DNA of 64,000 bases from Nageia nagi (GCA_050084985.1 JBITNC010000001.1:159960001-160024000), one strand, 5' to 3'. Shown: positions 35,832 through 50,420, counted from the stretch's first letter. The notes: generated by a model not told the origin, from the letters alone. Translations and numbers: made by a program.

Positions 35832-36744
35832 GCAAAATGAATTGCATCCTCCTCCAGCATATTCGAACTCAAGGTGAAGTAAGTCTGCAACTGATGGAGC
35901 CAAGCCCTAGTTGTCATCTTCTTGCCATCATACATGGGCACCTACATTTTGTTGATCTTTTGTTGCAGCTCTCTCTTATCACACTACGAATTGCCTTGGG
36001 AGTGTGTGCCATGCGAGCTACCTCCCTTTAACCCCAAGATCTCTAGGTAGCCATTGAAATTAATGTCCCTCCTCAATCTTGGGTCTAACATGGAGTATTC
36101 CCTAAAAATCTAGTTCAACTCAAGAGGATTGGGGATCCTATTTTTTGCTTCATCAGCAGACTTCTTGGTGAACATGGGCTTGGATGATTTGGAAATAATG
36201 GGCCACTCCCCTATTTTCCCAACGTCCTCTTCTAGGAACCTCCCTAGGAGAGGGTTCGTTTCCTACAGAGCTATGTGAGAATGGGCCCTCAAAAATGCAT
36301 GTTCTTGGTTACCCATGGATCCGTGATGAGTGGACCCTCTATCCCTTAGGCTACATGATCTCCTCAAACTCGGCTCCCGCTCCATTCTGTCCTCCTCCCT
36401 TGGCTCTTCTTCATCATCTGGAGTAGGACATGGAGGACTCACCTACCTTTCTAGCACTTCTTGACCTCCAACAAACTTATTGATGGCGGCCATCTGCTTC
36501 TGCATGCTGGTCATCACACCCATCATATTATGTATGGCCAAAATGAGCTCATTGAACTTCATCTTTGGTGTAAACTCTCTAGCCGAGGTAGAGCTTCTTC
36601 TCCTGGCCAATGTGGATCTACCTCTTTCCACCTCATTCTCCTCACCAAAAGTGTCCCTATCTAGAACATCATCCATCCAAGGCCAACGATCCTCATCTTG
36701 AGTGGCTCTGGCTGGGTTTTCATCATGTTCCATCTTTCCACCTG

Positions 36745-37690
36745 CAATTGTTAGTGAGGCAAATGCAGAAGGATGATGAGGGACCCATTAACCTATCTTC
36801 CATTGATCCCACATTTAATGATGAACCTCCATGTGACATAGTGGAAGAGCCAAAGAATCCAATATAAGATCAGTTTCAGGATGCATGGCTTGACATGTAG
36901 GAGGAAATTGATACAATTACAGCCACAAGCATAGAGGATGAGAAGGATCAACCTCAAGATATGAAAATGCACTTGGAGGATCCATTGCCTCTTGTGGACT
37001 TGGGTGTTGGACCTCAATATGAGACTAAGAATGAGATCGAGGATGATTCTCCGCTCTACCAATACCAGAGGCAAATGCAAAGGCAACGCCAAATAAGATT
37101 ACCTCCTCGTAGCTCTAGTAAAGAACCCTCTCCTAGTCCACATGGTAGCGAACTAGTGGTAGATTTATTAGTAAAAGGGCTAGAGGCTAGAGCCTTTGGA
37201 CATTCACATTGATGCCTTGACATTTGTAGTTGTTGGCACTTGGCACTGATAGTATGAGACATTGAGACTTATGCGTTATGATTTATGAGTGGACATATTA
37301 ATATGACATACATTTTTTAGATGGCTTTTTAATATTTTATTTCATGTGTTTTCCATTTTCGTATATCGATACTATGATTTATGAAAATGAATTATGATCC
37401 ACTATCATTATCTTTAAATTTATGTTATGAATGTGTTGTTGGATGATATGGCCCATATGGGAATGATTTATAGCAATTACATAAGCATATTCTATGAATT
37501 TATAGGGGAAAAAAAAGCATGTTTTTTGGTATTTTTTAATGCACCACGAAGTTTTCCCTTTTTTCCATTTTTTTCTTGTTTTTTACCAAATTTTTCCTTC
37601 TTATGTACTGCAATTTTTTGTTGTTTTTTTCGCCTTTTCCCAAATATTTGCCGATATTTAAAATTTGACCCCTAGCCAAATTAGTGCTGA
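36745..37690 (+). mobile_element. Possible 3' remnant of a hAT-type DNA transposon
   Basis: LQLLVRQM...PINLSSIDP followed by an acidic tail resembles hAT transposase C-termini; then a T-rich subterminal region. No TIR pair found. Confidence 0.3.
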
Positions 37691-38959
37691 ATCCAAATTT
37701 GTAAGCATTGGTTTATAGTATTTGTATTTCCTTGCCGCTTTGTATTTTCTACTGCAATATAAAATAATAAATATATTGAAGCAGCAATTTTATCTGAAGT
37801 TCTGAAGTAATTTCTGATAAGTGTTTTCTTGTTTGTGTTGTGATTGATTGAATAATTACATTTGAAATCCTTCACAACCTTTGTTAATTTGTCCAATTAA
37901 AGACTGCAAATTGCAAATATGTAATATCCATCCTTTAAACCAATAGAGCATTTCTTAGTCAATCCAATGTATTTGTTTCCATGTATAGATACTTGTCTTT
38001 TTCAATCAAGGTTGTAAATGCTTTTAACAAGATGCATAGGCTGCTGAGAGCCATAAAGGTGCTAATACTAACGATAACACTTCAATAAATTAAAACGAAT
38101 ACAGTAGCGGAAATAACTGAAGATAAATCAAAAAATGGTAATGATAAACAATAGTGAAGGTTGCACTTACACTGTTCAATAGGAAACTATAGTATAGCTG
38201 AAGTCTCTCATCCTAAATGGCCAACCTACAATCCGGTAAAAATATTCTGAAGAATAATAAATTCATATGCCATTTTCTTTGATTAGTTGCTTGTTTGGAG
38301 TAGAATCACCCCTTCATATGTCAATGGTCATGCTTAATCCATGTGCAGTCCAATGTAGACATTATATGGCCAAACATAATGTGTTGGGCATTAGAGGCAG
38401 AACAGATTTCTCATTGCTGAGAAAGGATGCACCTGTATTCTCCAGTACTTTATACATCTCCCATTCTAATGAACGAGTAGATGATTGGGGATGAAATATC
38501 TTTGTTGGTCCAATTCTACCGTTATGCATGTTTTATATCATTATATGAAGATATTTTTTCAGAAAGAATAAACAGCAATAAGATATTAATCTAGGATACA
38601 AATGACTTCAAACATTATGAACAGCTACAATGTAGACACAAAAGAACACTTGCAAAACTTGTAGACTGGAACATAAGTGTTGCATGTTGGAACTGTATAA
38701 CAGAAGGCCAATTTCCTAACAGTGAGAAAACACTATATCTTTACAATAACAAAGGATTGGAATTATTCAAACCAATAATAGAAATAGAACACATCCTTGA
38801 ATCCTCCATAACGAAAAGAAGTAAATTGTGGCATTATAAGACACGTGCTTGAAATGTAAAATATAAACAAAAAGAAAGAAAGAAAGTATATTAATGTCCT
38901 CAGGTGACCAAAAGCAATCAATGTGACTAGCATGTACAAGCATGGTCAGAAAACTAACA

Positions 38960-41675
38960 AACCCCTACAAGGCCTCCCTTAGATAAAGCATAAAAAATAA
39001 AATAAGTTAATACATCTGTACAAAAATAGTCCAACCCTATAGGGAGGAAGAGACATAATCTAAGACAGTTAGAGAAGGGTCGTCCTTGACCTCTCCATGG
39101 AAGAGCATGCAGGTGCTCTTTGCATTGAGGAGAGATCTTGCTGGTCCCTGAGGGTTGTGTTTGTGGTACTTCTGCTGGAGGGAAAGAAAACTAAGATTTG
39201 TCAAGTCCTCAACAAGACTTGGGTATCTTGAAGACATCTCTTGGTACTACGTAGGGGTTGCAAAGGATCATCATGTCATCTCTTATGGATCCCCGCAGTA
39301 TAAGAAGCTCAAAAAAATGATGTAATATGGCAGTCATATGTCAGATGTTGAGTGCGAACTAGAAGATCCTTTCGCAGGAGGAAGGTTTCTCATAAATACA
39401 AAGCCAAGCAATGTTGATAGGGGTGGAGGAATGTAGATAATGAGCCGTGTAAGTCAAGGAAGAGGAAATGGTATCAGCCTCAGATCTCCTAGTAGACTAA
39501 GCATTGGAAGACGAAGTGGTCTTCAAACTCAGTCTCAAGAGAGCAAAAGCGACAAACTCGTAGATCATGGGCTAAGTGGTGGTATGTCTTGATCCTTAAT
39601 CCAAGTGGTAAATGTAAGTTGATGTAACCAGGTTGGAGGATCAATCCTCTATCGATTTAAAGATAATGATGTAAATAATGTACCAATTTGGGTGTAATGG
39701 TTGCAAAAGTGAAGTCCAAGTGGTTTGGATGAAGGCCCTATAAATTGCCTGTAGAGTCCCTATCATAGAATCTACAAGTGGCCTAGTTGAACCCTCTAGG
39801 GGCATAGGCAACCAGTTGAGAGAAACCAAGTCTCTAAAGTGTCTATGTAATCTTGGAAAACCAATATCGACGACAACCCTAGGTGGCTAGGTCGATCGAG
39901 GAGGCCAAGGATATGGAAGGGAGTCTAGTCATAGCATCCCCATGAGTAGATAGTCTCTAAAGGCAACAGAAGAAGAGGATTATGGAAGCAATGGCCCACA
40001 CCTAAAGAGGCTAGCAGTTGAACTCTGCAAGCATGATAAGGTGAGGGGTTGTCTGTCCTCTTACTCTGAATGGAATGAGACAAAGTACTAACCAAGATCC
40101 TTTGTTGCTGTCAAGATGGGTTCCCAATCCTCAACTCCATATGGTACTATGGAAATGACTGGAATTTGAAAGAGCTCTATCCTAGATGGAATGTCTTGGA
40201 AATGCAACTGGATGCATTATCTCTCTCAAGTAGAGACCACCGCATAGCCTCGGCAAACTGTAGATGGGGTTGATATCCTCATGGAGAACCTAGGCTCGAG
40301 AAGAGCACTCCCAAATAGCTGTAGGAGGTGGCAGTCTTGATGATATTATCACGGAAGGTGATTTGGGTCTGGTCCAATATGACTTTCGAAACATTGAAGG
40401 CCACAACATTGAAGGTTCACCACAAGCTCCTATCTAGCACTGAAAAAATCTAATGCATCTATCAAGCCTTGTAAGCCCTCAACTAAATGGGAAAGTAGCA
40501 CAATATCGTCAACAAAAAAGAGGATGGGCACTAGATTGCTACGGAGAAGATAGACTAACTCAGGATCAATGGTCTCTAAGATAAAGGACTCCAACTCATC
40601 AATGTAAAGGCCAAATAGAGTTGGGGATAGGAGGCAACATTGTTTCACCCTTTGTAATGCGGATGCAACCTGAAAGAGCCTCATACAGAGCCCATATGGC
40701 TATGAGTCCAATCTTCAATACACCCAGTCATTGAAGTAGATCCATGAGTCTATGTCAAGTAATAGTGTCAAAAGCCCTCCTGAAGTCCACAAAGCAGTCA
40801 AAGACTGGGGGCTTTCGGAATCTAACCTCCTCAATGATCGTTCTAAGAATAAAAATATAATATATAGTACAGTGATCCCTATAGAATCCTACCTAGCACC
40901 CTGCTCTAAATCCTTTAGCTTCGGTCATCTATGCAATGCAATGCTCAATGATCATGGCATATAACTTGGCCAAAGTGTGACCAATAACAATGATGCAGTA
41001 GTTGTTCGATTTGTTGGGGTCTCCAAATTTGAAGATGGGGTGGATGATGTTTGAGGTCCAATACAAGGAGAAACCTAAGCAAATAACATTGTTGAATACC
41101 TTGGAGAGGAAGAGGGGAAGGGTGAATTTTGCATGCTTGAGAAATTTGGCTTAGAGGTTCTCAATGTTTGGAACATTATAAAGGTGAGATATGTAATCCT
41201 TCCAGGCATGAAGAGATATGGATTTTGGGATGTGTTTTTTTGGTAAGGAGTGCCAAAAGGATTTGGGGTTGGAGTGGAGGGAAGAAAGGACCTCTGGTAT
41301 CCTTTTGGCAAGATAGTTGTAGGAGTGATGGAGGGTGGTAGTGGAGGAGGACAAAGGGTCAAGTGCAAAGGACCGTTGGAGGTTACAATTAGTATCAAAC
41401 CAAGGGTTCATCGAGCAATGGCCTAGAGGGCGGAAGCAAGTAGGGGGGCTAATTTTGAGTGGGAATGCCTGGAGGGCTGCAAAACAGAGAGAATCTTCTA
41501 TTAAGAGTGCCTGGTCATCCACCAAGGGGAGGGAATGTAGGCTAACGCATTTTTGCTTCAGTATATTGTTATAAGAGGGGGTCATGGGCCGAATCAAAGA
41601 GGATGGTCGTGCGGGAAGAGTTGGGCGTGGGGGGGATGGTGTGGGTAGGGCTCATGGGCAGAATCAAAGAGAGTA
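38960..41675 (-). mobile_element. Decayed LINE (RTE/L1-like RT) in SS3 intron 6
   Basis: NPWFD, GDPNKSNNYCII..LAKL, VKQCCLLSPTLFGLYID, LFFVDDIVLL motifs; boundaries approximate. Confidence 0.8.
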
Positions 41676-41821
41676 GTTAAAAAACATAACAATCATAGGC
41701 TTAAACGAATAATACAAAAATGGCAAAAACCACATTCAAAATATGTTTTTAATTTTCCAAATGAACTTTACAAGTTCAATAAATTATATAATTATAAATT
41801 TTAATTAAAAAAAAAAAAAAC

Positions 41822-42003
41822 CTTTGCAATAGGTGCCATCTCCACAGCTATATGCATTATGTGCATTGGCGGCTCCCTCAAGATTCCTCCAACAACAGGG
41901 ACATGATAATCTATACCATTTCTGTTGTCATACAGTCCTCCATGCTCATTACCTCTTTCAGAAAAGACAAAGTCCATTACATATGCATCTAGGGGCACCT
42001 TAA
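41822..42003 (-). CDS. SS3: Starch synthase III exon 6
   Basis: VKVPLDAYVMDFVFSE...YDNRNGIDYHVPV..EPPMHIMHIAVEMAPIAK; AG/GT boundaries with consistent phases. Confidence 0.95.
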
Positions 42004-43093
42004 CTGCAAAAAAGAAGAAAAATATTTTTCAATCTTTTGAAGTTTGAAATCAACCAAACTGATACAAACTTAAGACAAGTTTTTGACTAATGTTAAGTTA
42101 ATTATCAATAACAGAAACCAAAGTACTCTTTAATATCAGTTGGCCAGAACTTTTCTCAAACAAGGGACCACATCATCCAGGCTTTCAGGTTTGATTTAGT
42201 CAATTGCAATGTAAAGTATAGATAGTCTAGTTGCATTCTATGAAAGCTTTCCCTGTCGTTAATATATCAGATCTTTGTGCAGCCATACTCTGTTGGGATC
42301 CAAATGGAAGATGCCTAGAATATAAGAAAAATTGAGGGTGGAGAGGATTTCTTTTTCTAAATAGTTTATTTTAAAGCCAAAGCTAGAAATGCAACCAGAG
42401 ACAGAGGTAAAGATAGCTCACATCTCAAACAGGAGAACATACACAACACCATTTGTAGATGTGGTACATAATTTTTTCTATGAACTCCAGATAGAAAGCA
42501 ACGTTCTCTATATCTTCTTGGCCACAAATGATGACATTTACAAATATGCTTTGCCATGCTAATGTGACTGTACTATTATAGATGAATCATGATGGCAATA
42601 TCTACCTACCAACAAAGAGTTACAAGAAAGAAAGGAAGAGTTACCATCAGTCAGCAGTCAAATAACAATCACCAGCTAACAAGCAAAAGAGTCTTAATTT
42701 GTGGCAATGAATGAAACTTTCTGCTGATGGGTGAACATCTTCCTATTCTCTACTGATGAACATCAGCAAGGGAAGGATTATGAAATGCCATCTGGCATAC
42801 TTCGCACCAATTCACTAACTAATAATCATAGCACATTTCACCAACCATTAAAGGTAATTGGTGAGGTGATACAGAGAATCCCATTTATAGGCAACATGAC
42901 CCAGACAACTATCAACTAAAAGACAATCACCATGAATGTCAGTCAGTAAAAGTGTATACAATTGCCAACCACCATATGAATGGAGAAAAATCAGTAAAAT
43001 GTGTGATGAAAGTACAAATTGTCAGAGGCTAGTAATGAAAACCATATCAACATCAGTATTTTAAGGCTATGAAAACCAAGAGATTGTACTGAC

Positions 43094-43364
43094 CAGTTGC
43101 CATCATGTGAGAGCCATTTCCAGCAGGAACCATTTTCTGAGGTGTAAGAACACCAAGTCGATGTGTCCAGCGATTGAAAGAGCAATGAAACCAGACTGCA
43201 TGTTTACCATTCAAAACAGTGTTGGATGGATTGTAAAAGATTCTTGCAGATTTCCCAGCCTGTAGTTCCATTGGTTCCGTGTAGAATACATGCTTTTGTG
43301 ACTCCAGAAACCTTTTCATTGTTCTCTGCTTCATTTCAGCTTTAAGAGATTGTGTTTTCTCAGC
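43094..43364 (-). CDS. SS3: Starch synthase III exon 5 (third starch-binding module)
   Basis: AEKTQSLKAEMKQRTMKRFLESQKHVFYTEP..YNPSNTVLNGK..VWF..SFNRWTH. Confidence 0.95.
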
Positions 43365-43605
43365 CTGTATTTGGAACCCATTTTAATACAAAGCTGATTT
43401 AAAATAACGAAAATAAAGTGTATGATCAATAAAGTTTCAAACATAAATTTAGAGCTCCTGAAGACTTACATGATTGTGTGACTATCTAAGAACAAAAAGA
43501 GAAAACATATCGCCTAACTAGATATCTGTGATTTCGATGTCAAAAATACACTTTATTTTTAATACATAATGAATTCAAGATATCTTTTTTTTATTCAGCA
43601 TTAAC

Positions 43606-43820
43606 CTTTCTACGGACTGCTTCGTCCCTTTCTCGCCTCTCCTGCTGAAGTCTCACAAAAACTTTTTGTTCTTCTTCAACCCAGTAGAGAGCTTCAGGGA
43701 TAGATTTGGGTACAATGGCATGAAAATCTTGATAATCATTATTGTCATACACCTTAGCATTTCCTGGAGGTCCATCAGCAAAGACCCAATTAAGCATAAA
43801 TGCTCGCTCTGGGATGACCA
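43606..43820 (-). CDS. SS3: Starch synthase III exon 4
   Basis: VVIPERAFMLNWVFADGPP..YDNNDYQDFHAIVP..YWVEEEQ. Confidence 0.95.
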
Positions 43821-46530
43821 CTGCATAAGGCCAAATTGAACTGTCAATTTTGCATGAAGAGTTCAACTTTCATTTTCACCCTAGTTCTACTGCTCATATT
43901 GAAGTTTGGTCCTAGTTTCCCAATAAATAGTATATGATTGCAAGAAATTTAAATCTTTAGCTAATTGAACTATGTGGAAACTATATATGTTGAATTTAAT
44001 ATATATGTTCTAATACATGAAGCACTCACTCAACTTCAAATTTCTCCAGTCATGTTTTTCACAACATTATTTAATTACTTAAAACTTACAACTTTCAACA
44101 AAGAAATTGAAAAACTGTGTCTAAGGACTGCATCCTAGATCCATAGGCAGCATCTTTCTTGGCATTTGAATATAATAATAAATTTCAATGAGAAATATAA
44201 TCAGGATGCATAGGATTTGTGTTAGAAGAAGTGCATTACCTATCAAGTTCAACCATCAAATCCATCCACATACGGATAGTATTGATGACTACCTTTTGTG
44301 TCGGCAAGGGAAACTTCACTTGACTGGAGTAAGATCAGAATGAATATCATTATCCAGTCAGCCAGGTCCAGGTATAGATGTTGTACAGGATGATGAGTAC
44401 AATGCAAACACAATAATCTTATATTAGTTATTACATTTGTTATTCTGATGTAGATATTTTTGTTCATCAATCATGTATGTGAACTATGTTGGCAAAGTAC
44501 AGTGTACATTTTTACAATTGTTTCGATAGTAAATCTATTATGTTTGTAGTACAATGTGACAACATCATGGATATCTGTTTTGAATCTCTGCACATCTTTA
44601 AAGATCATGCAATGTCTGTCGTTGACTGTTGTCAATTGTTCAAGTCCATTCCCTGTCAATATGCAACCATCAGTCTTAATGTGCACTTGTCATTGTTCAA
44701 TTTAACCATTCACCTGTATCAAGATTGAAGAAATAACATAAACATGGAGAATGGACAAATATAAATTTATTAAAAATCACAAAGGCTATACCACAGAAGC
44801 AAACCACAAAGGAGGAAGTAGAATTGGGTGCAGCTTTTCAGCCAGACGTGGGATTGCATAATGGACAATTTTGTAGAATCATAAAAGGAGTCTTTGAGAA
44901 TATAGTATTGAATCAATACATTGAGCGTATGTTCAACGGCAACCAACATATTTTGAAAATTATTACCTGGGTTGAACAGGCACAGGAAAGACAAATAACA
45001 AGACCTTGAAAGTGAAGGTTCACTTCAGAAATATAAGATAAAGTCAGAAAGGAGCTAGAACCAGAAGAAGAAAGTCAATGAAAGAGATATAAATGAATTT
45101 TGAGTTAAGCCCCTAAATGAATCACTTGATTCAAGCGCTGATAAAAAAGTCTAGAGAAGACTGTCACAGTGAATCTGATCAAGAAAACTATTGCAAAGAG
45201 CGGCCAACAACAGAAAAGATGAGCAAATACAGCATTGATGAAAGGGCTATAAACTCTTTGAGAAATCATAGTTCAAAGGTGGATCTACATGGTGAAAAGA
45301 CTATCATGCCCACTGGAGAACACCACCAAGAGCAAAAGCCTTTAGTTGTGGCCCGTGGGAGAAACATCAAAAGGGAATGAACAGAATGGAGAATAAATTG
45401 AAGTTGATTAGCAAAGAGAACAAATATTGGATGGCAACATTGGTACAAACTTTCCTAAAACCTAAGAGTCGTGGGAAATGACTAGTTCATAGAGTACGAA
45501 AAGGCCACTTTGAATATATGAGACAAATTTATAAGCATACGAGGAGTTTGAGTTGTTAATGGATGATAATGAGATCGCTACAAATACCTATAACACTAAC
45601 TTTTAAGCAAAGAAAGAATGATGCCATATATGCTTATAATCAACTCTTTAAAGGAATGATTTGAAAGCTACCAAATCAATCAGCGGATGGATTAAAAAAA
45701 GATGGTTCGTCAAAAGAGTGCAACAAAGAAACTGATCAAAGAATTGTACCACCTGCATCTTACAGTGAAAAATACAACAGAGCAATGAATCTTAAAGGTG
45801 AGAAGGCTTGGCATCAAAAAAAAATGCTGAGAGATTCCAACAATGAAGATGATGATTGGTTACAGGAAAACATCCATCACTGCCTTAGGAAAAAACATGA
45901 TATATCTGAAAATTTAGAAGGGAGAAGGTAAAAAGGAAATGTGGTGTACCAATTGTTGTATGAAAAGACACAATGCATCAAACTGCCTAAAAGATAAGTA
46001 CTGTGAAATTTGAGATGTAACCAGTCATTCTATTATGCACCGCAGTTACAAATTGAAGAACAAAGACAAACAAGGGTTGGCTATGGAAGCAGTGCTTGTG
46101 AAGGAATCAGCCAACAAGGATTCCATAATACACATCAAGGATGTTCTCCACACTAGAACCGACAAGGAGACAAACATCAAAGGTTGGATACTTGAATCAC
46201 AATGGTAATATTTGAACCATAGTATTGTGACAAGCAAAAAATGAATGGGCATATTGTGCTAAATATGACCCCAGTCAGCAGACAAGAACGTACAAATGGT
46301 GTGGTGGATGAAACAAAGAAAATCTAATGCCAAAGAGGAAAAAATATTGAAACTCATAAAAACTTATGTTTCCAAAGAAAGACATGATTGTAACTCGTAA
46401 GCAGCAAGCCAAAACTTGAGCTAGTTAAGAAGGCATATAAATTCGGAATGAGATAACCAAGCATGTCAAAATGCATATTTCAACTATGGGAATTATATAA
46501 TCCAATATTAAAGGGAAAATACATGCATAC

Positions 46531-47739
46531 CATCCACAGACCACCAGTCACCATCTTCTGCATTATCATAGGAAAGCTTATGGACTATGGACAATGCATC
46601 TTGCCAATTATTATAGCCTCCATGAATCCAAACATCTGAAGCAAAAGCAAGCGGACGGGAAGTTCGATCATAAAAAAGTTTAACCCTGTCTCCTCCTTTA
46701 AAATCAGCAGGCTCGATGTGCCATAAACCATCAGAAGATTCTACAGCTTTTTGTAATACTTGGCGTGCTTGTTCTCGTCTTGCTGTCACTTGCTTCTTTG
46801 CTTCTGCTCTGTCTGCTTCCATTGCAGCCTTTTCTTCCTCCAACCTTTGTTGCTCTGAAGCCTTTCTTTGCCTCTCAGCCTCCTCTGCTGAAAGTCTCTC
46901 CAATTCCCTATGCTTTTCCTCAAGCAAGAAATTTTCAAATTCCTGTTTGTCCATTCCATCTTCAACTAGTATCGAGAAATCCCTCTTGTCATTATTTTCA
47001 TATTTTTCACCCCCATTGAAGAACACAAAGTCTATTCTATAGGCTTTCTTTGGTACAACCAATTTACAAGTCCACCAATCTCCACTGAGTTCAGTCTTTT
47101 GCAAGTCTGTGATGAAAGAATTCCATCTCCAGTCATTGAAAGCACCCATTATTAAAACCTTTGGCTCATTTGCCAAGGTTGTCGCACTTCTATTGAAAAA
47201 TATCTCAATTTCCTGCCCTGCCAACACAGGATTAGGATAAAAGAATACCTTATTGTGAACAGAAGAGTTCTCCTTTGCAAGGTTTTCCAAATCCCTTTTC
47301 CGTGCCTCAGTTTTTTGTTTCTCTAAAATCTGTTTTATCAATAACTCCTCAGCTTCCTTCTGCTTTATTGCAGCAGCTATGTCTTCAGCAGCCTCTAACT
47401 TTTGATTGACATGAACTTCTTGTGATTTTTCTCTTTCAGATGCTCCAGTGCCAATTCGAGATCTTCTGTTTTCATTCACATTCTGCTCAACATATCCTAT
47501 ATTTATCTTCTGCAAATGCTTTTTCCCACCAGCCACCATCATGTGTTGAGCTCCCTGATTCTTTTTATTAACTTCATTTGTGTCCAGATCAGCAACATCT
47601 TGTTCTTCTTTAACTTTATTTTGACTGTCAAAATCTGTTGCCAGTGCTGGTGCAGGCTTAGGGGACACTACAGAGTCCTTTGAGATAGTGTCCTTCGGCT
47701 TTGGTTCCAGTGGTTTCTTACGAGATCTTCTTTTAAACT
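46531..47739 (-). CDS. SS3: Starch synthase III exon 3 (N-terminal region, CBM53-type modules, coiled coil)
   Basis: GAFNDWRW..GDWW..DFVFFNG..YENN, FENFLLEEK, VWIHGGYNNW; acceptor CTGCAG at 47740 and donor GTATG at 46530. Confidence 0.95.
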
Positions 47740-47779
47740 CTGCAGAGTAAAACTTCTTGTTTCTCAGCTAAGCTTCTAC

Positions 47780-48032
47780 TTGACTGACAGTAAATGGCAA
47801 AAAAGAATACATTGTAAATTTGTCTACTGACCGTAAATGGCGAAAAAGAATACATTGTAAATTTTTTTACTGATAGTAAATGGCAAAAAAGAATACACTT
47901 TAAATTTGTCTTCATTAGTCTGCACTAGAAAAACTTGATTGTGTGATGGCTCAGACAACCTTGATTGTGTGATGGCTCAGACAACCTTAACTGTGTGATG
48001 ACTTAGACAACCTTAATTGTGTGATGACTAAG
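47780..48032. repeat. Two minisatellites in SS3 intron 2 (~43-bp x3 and 28-bp x4)
   Basis: GTAAATGGC(A/G)AAAAAGAATACA x3; ACCTT(G/A)ATTGTGTGATG(G/A)CT(C/T)AGACA x4. Confidence 0.85.
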
Positions 48033-48115
48033 GCAATATGATCACATGATACTCAATAAAATCATTATATTCTTGTCAAGTTTCATAAAATTATATGATA
48101 AAAAAACATACTAAC

Positions 48116-48185
48116 CTGCATTTGCCACGATATTACTGGAAAGCCTATTGTTCCTAGAAACTTCATGTAGAGCACCAGTCCAGAC
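48116..48185 (-). CDS. SS3: Starch synthase III exon 2 (transit peptide)
   Basis: CAG|VWTGALHEVSRNNRLSSNIVANA-G|GTTAG; 70 bp, phases join exons 1 and 3 in frame. Confidence 0.75.
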
Positions 48186-50282
48186 CTGCCAGATATATGA
48201 GCAGAATAATTGGTATTAATTTTTTAAAGATGTCAAATCAAAAGGACACTCCACCGTCTCTATGCTACTGCTTATAGATTTCAGTAAAGACTGATTGACA
48301 CAAAGCAATAGCTTTCACGTAGCTAATCTTCAAGAATATATTTTTTAAAATAGATAAGAAAGTGGTAATAGCCAAATAAGAGTTCATTTTACGCTAAAAG
48401 AACCTTTCTGTAAAGCATTTTGAAAAAGGCGTTGCTAATGTTATTGCCAACTCCTACATTCAACGAAAAGTATGTCAACCACACAGCACAGAATTTGAAT
48501 GCAATACCATACAATACACCATGCTAACAATTGGCATATGGTCCACCTCCTGTATCAGAGGACCTTTGCTATAGCAGCTTAAGTGTCAAACATTGATGTT
48601 AATAAGGGCTAATTTCACAGCCTAAAGATTTCAAATCAGTTAAGTGTTTTAGATAAAGTGAACTGCTATTTGATCTATTTTTTGTCTTGCCACAGTCTCC
48701 CTACAAAGAGATTGTATACAAATGAAACAATTACGAGATTACTACAAGCATAAAACAACTGGTACATCTTTAAAGGCACATAGTTGACAGTCCATCCCTG
48801 ATACATGGGATTAAATCACCTTTGTACAGTGTGGCCAACACTGAGCCTTCTAAGCTGGGGATTAAAACAATGTTCTGTAACTGATAAAATAAGTATAGTC
48901 CATAAAATTCCCTCGTGTGACATTTATTTAGTTGTTGCAGAGATTATAGTAGCATGCGAATTATAGTCTTAAAGCTCATCAAACACTTTAAGAGACGGTT
49001 AAGAAATCACCTTTAATTTTGGATCCAAAATCTGCTTTATTGAGCTTTCTTTAGAGGCTCCTAATAACTAAATTTTTAATACAATATTTTTTCAATATAC
49101 TTCAATTGTATCGCACAGTTCTGTATCACCATGAACAACCTGATAAAATATAATGGAATTTGTGTTAAATGGGCATTTACATCAATGGCTGCTTGAAAAG
49201 ATGCTGACTAGTCAAATCTAATCAAAACAGAACCTTCACATTATGTCCTGTCAATTCACAACTTTGTTTTGATTACTCTGTTCTGCCCTTCACATGCAAA
49301 GCTAACAAAAATATTGAATGTCTCAAGTTCTACTCTCACTTCCTACATTGGTGATATTTAAAAACTCTTGATAGATCCTACAAATCAATTGATTTAAAGC
49401 ACATGTTCACTTTATTACTTTATATCTTTAACAAGCAAGCCTCAGGTTATCAATTAAGATAAAATTTATCCAAAACTGTAGAAAGGCAATTGCAGTTTCC
49501 CTTTCCCTTATAGTAATCTACTAAGTAAAATATTTTGTAAGAGTCCTCATAATCATCATTTAGTGATGTAACATGTTATATCGTCAATCTATACAAGTAA
49601 ACTAGCAATAGCACAAACAGCGCTACGCGCAACTGAAAGAATCTCAGCAGCAATTAATTTTATGACGATGAAGAGAGAAATTGAAAGAAAAATTAAATCA
49701 CCACAAAACTTAAAATATATGTTCTTATTTTAATCAATTCTGAAAAAGCACAAATGCTAATAACGGTGCAATGTTCCAACTTCAAAGAAAGAAAAGGATA
49801 TCAGAATTTATCCAAAATAGATACTAGCAGTTGTGAAAATTGATTCTTGCAATGGTCTGGTCTAATAACCCGTCTGTGGCATTTAATAAGTTGAACTTCA
49901 TTTCAGAAATACCACGAGAATCGTCCGCAAACTATACGCTAAAATCTGGTAAACAGTTCAAACTCTAATTAAGTACAGATACCCTGTGTTTAAAGCTTCA
50001 ATAACTTAAATTTCTCTCGGACAAATACACACTCGAGCAGGTTATCATGCTGCACCTCAACGAAATTTTCTTTTATTTGTAGTTAAATATAAAATATTCA
50101 TTTGCAAATCGAAGCATAATCATAAACAACTCCAGTAGAGGAAAAAAATGAAAGGAAGTTGTCAATAAAGATAAGTCTTCTCCAACCCCATTCTTTGAAC
50201 AATAAAAGAGGAAAACACTGTAATTTGCAAAATAGGAAGAAAATCGAGAACGGAAGAAAGAAGAAAGAAGAAGAAAAAGAAC

Positions 50283-50420
50283 CTCAGAGAAGGGAGAAAC
50301 AGAAGCGTAAAATTTTGCCGCGGCCGTAAATGAGCTCTTGTTCAACGAACGTTTAACCTCCACGCCCACAGTTGCTCTCCACGGCACCGAAGAATTGTGC
50401 AGAGCTGAAGAACTCGCCAT
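50283..50420 (-). CDS. SS3: Starch synthase III exon 1 (plastid transit peptide)
   Basis: MASSSALHNSSVPWRATVGVEVKRSLNKSSFTAAAKFYASVSPFSE|GT; Ser/Ala-rich MA start. Confidence 0.8.

Larger units (their letters stand above)
32291..36740 (-). mobile_element. 5'-truncated non-autonomous Ty3/gypsy element: gag, protease, repeat domain, PPT, 3' LTR
   Basis: LTR 32291-33464; PPT complement AAGCCTCCCCTCTC at 33465. Gag MPMYDGK..AWL..LQTYF..ALDWW; CFYCKKTWELGHRC; protease LIDFGASHNFI..IILGVQWL. No RT or integrase motifs. Confidence 0.85.

Noticed and set aside
44770-46350. Short ORFs in SS3 intron 3, possibly a decayed TE
   Set aside because: No recognisable motif, termini or TSD
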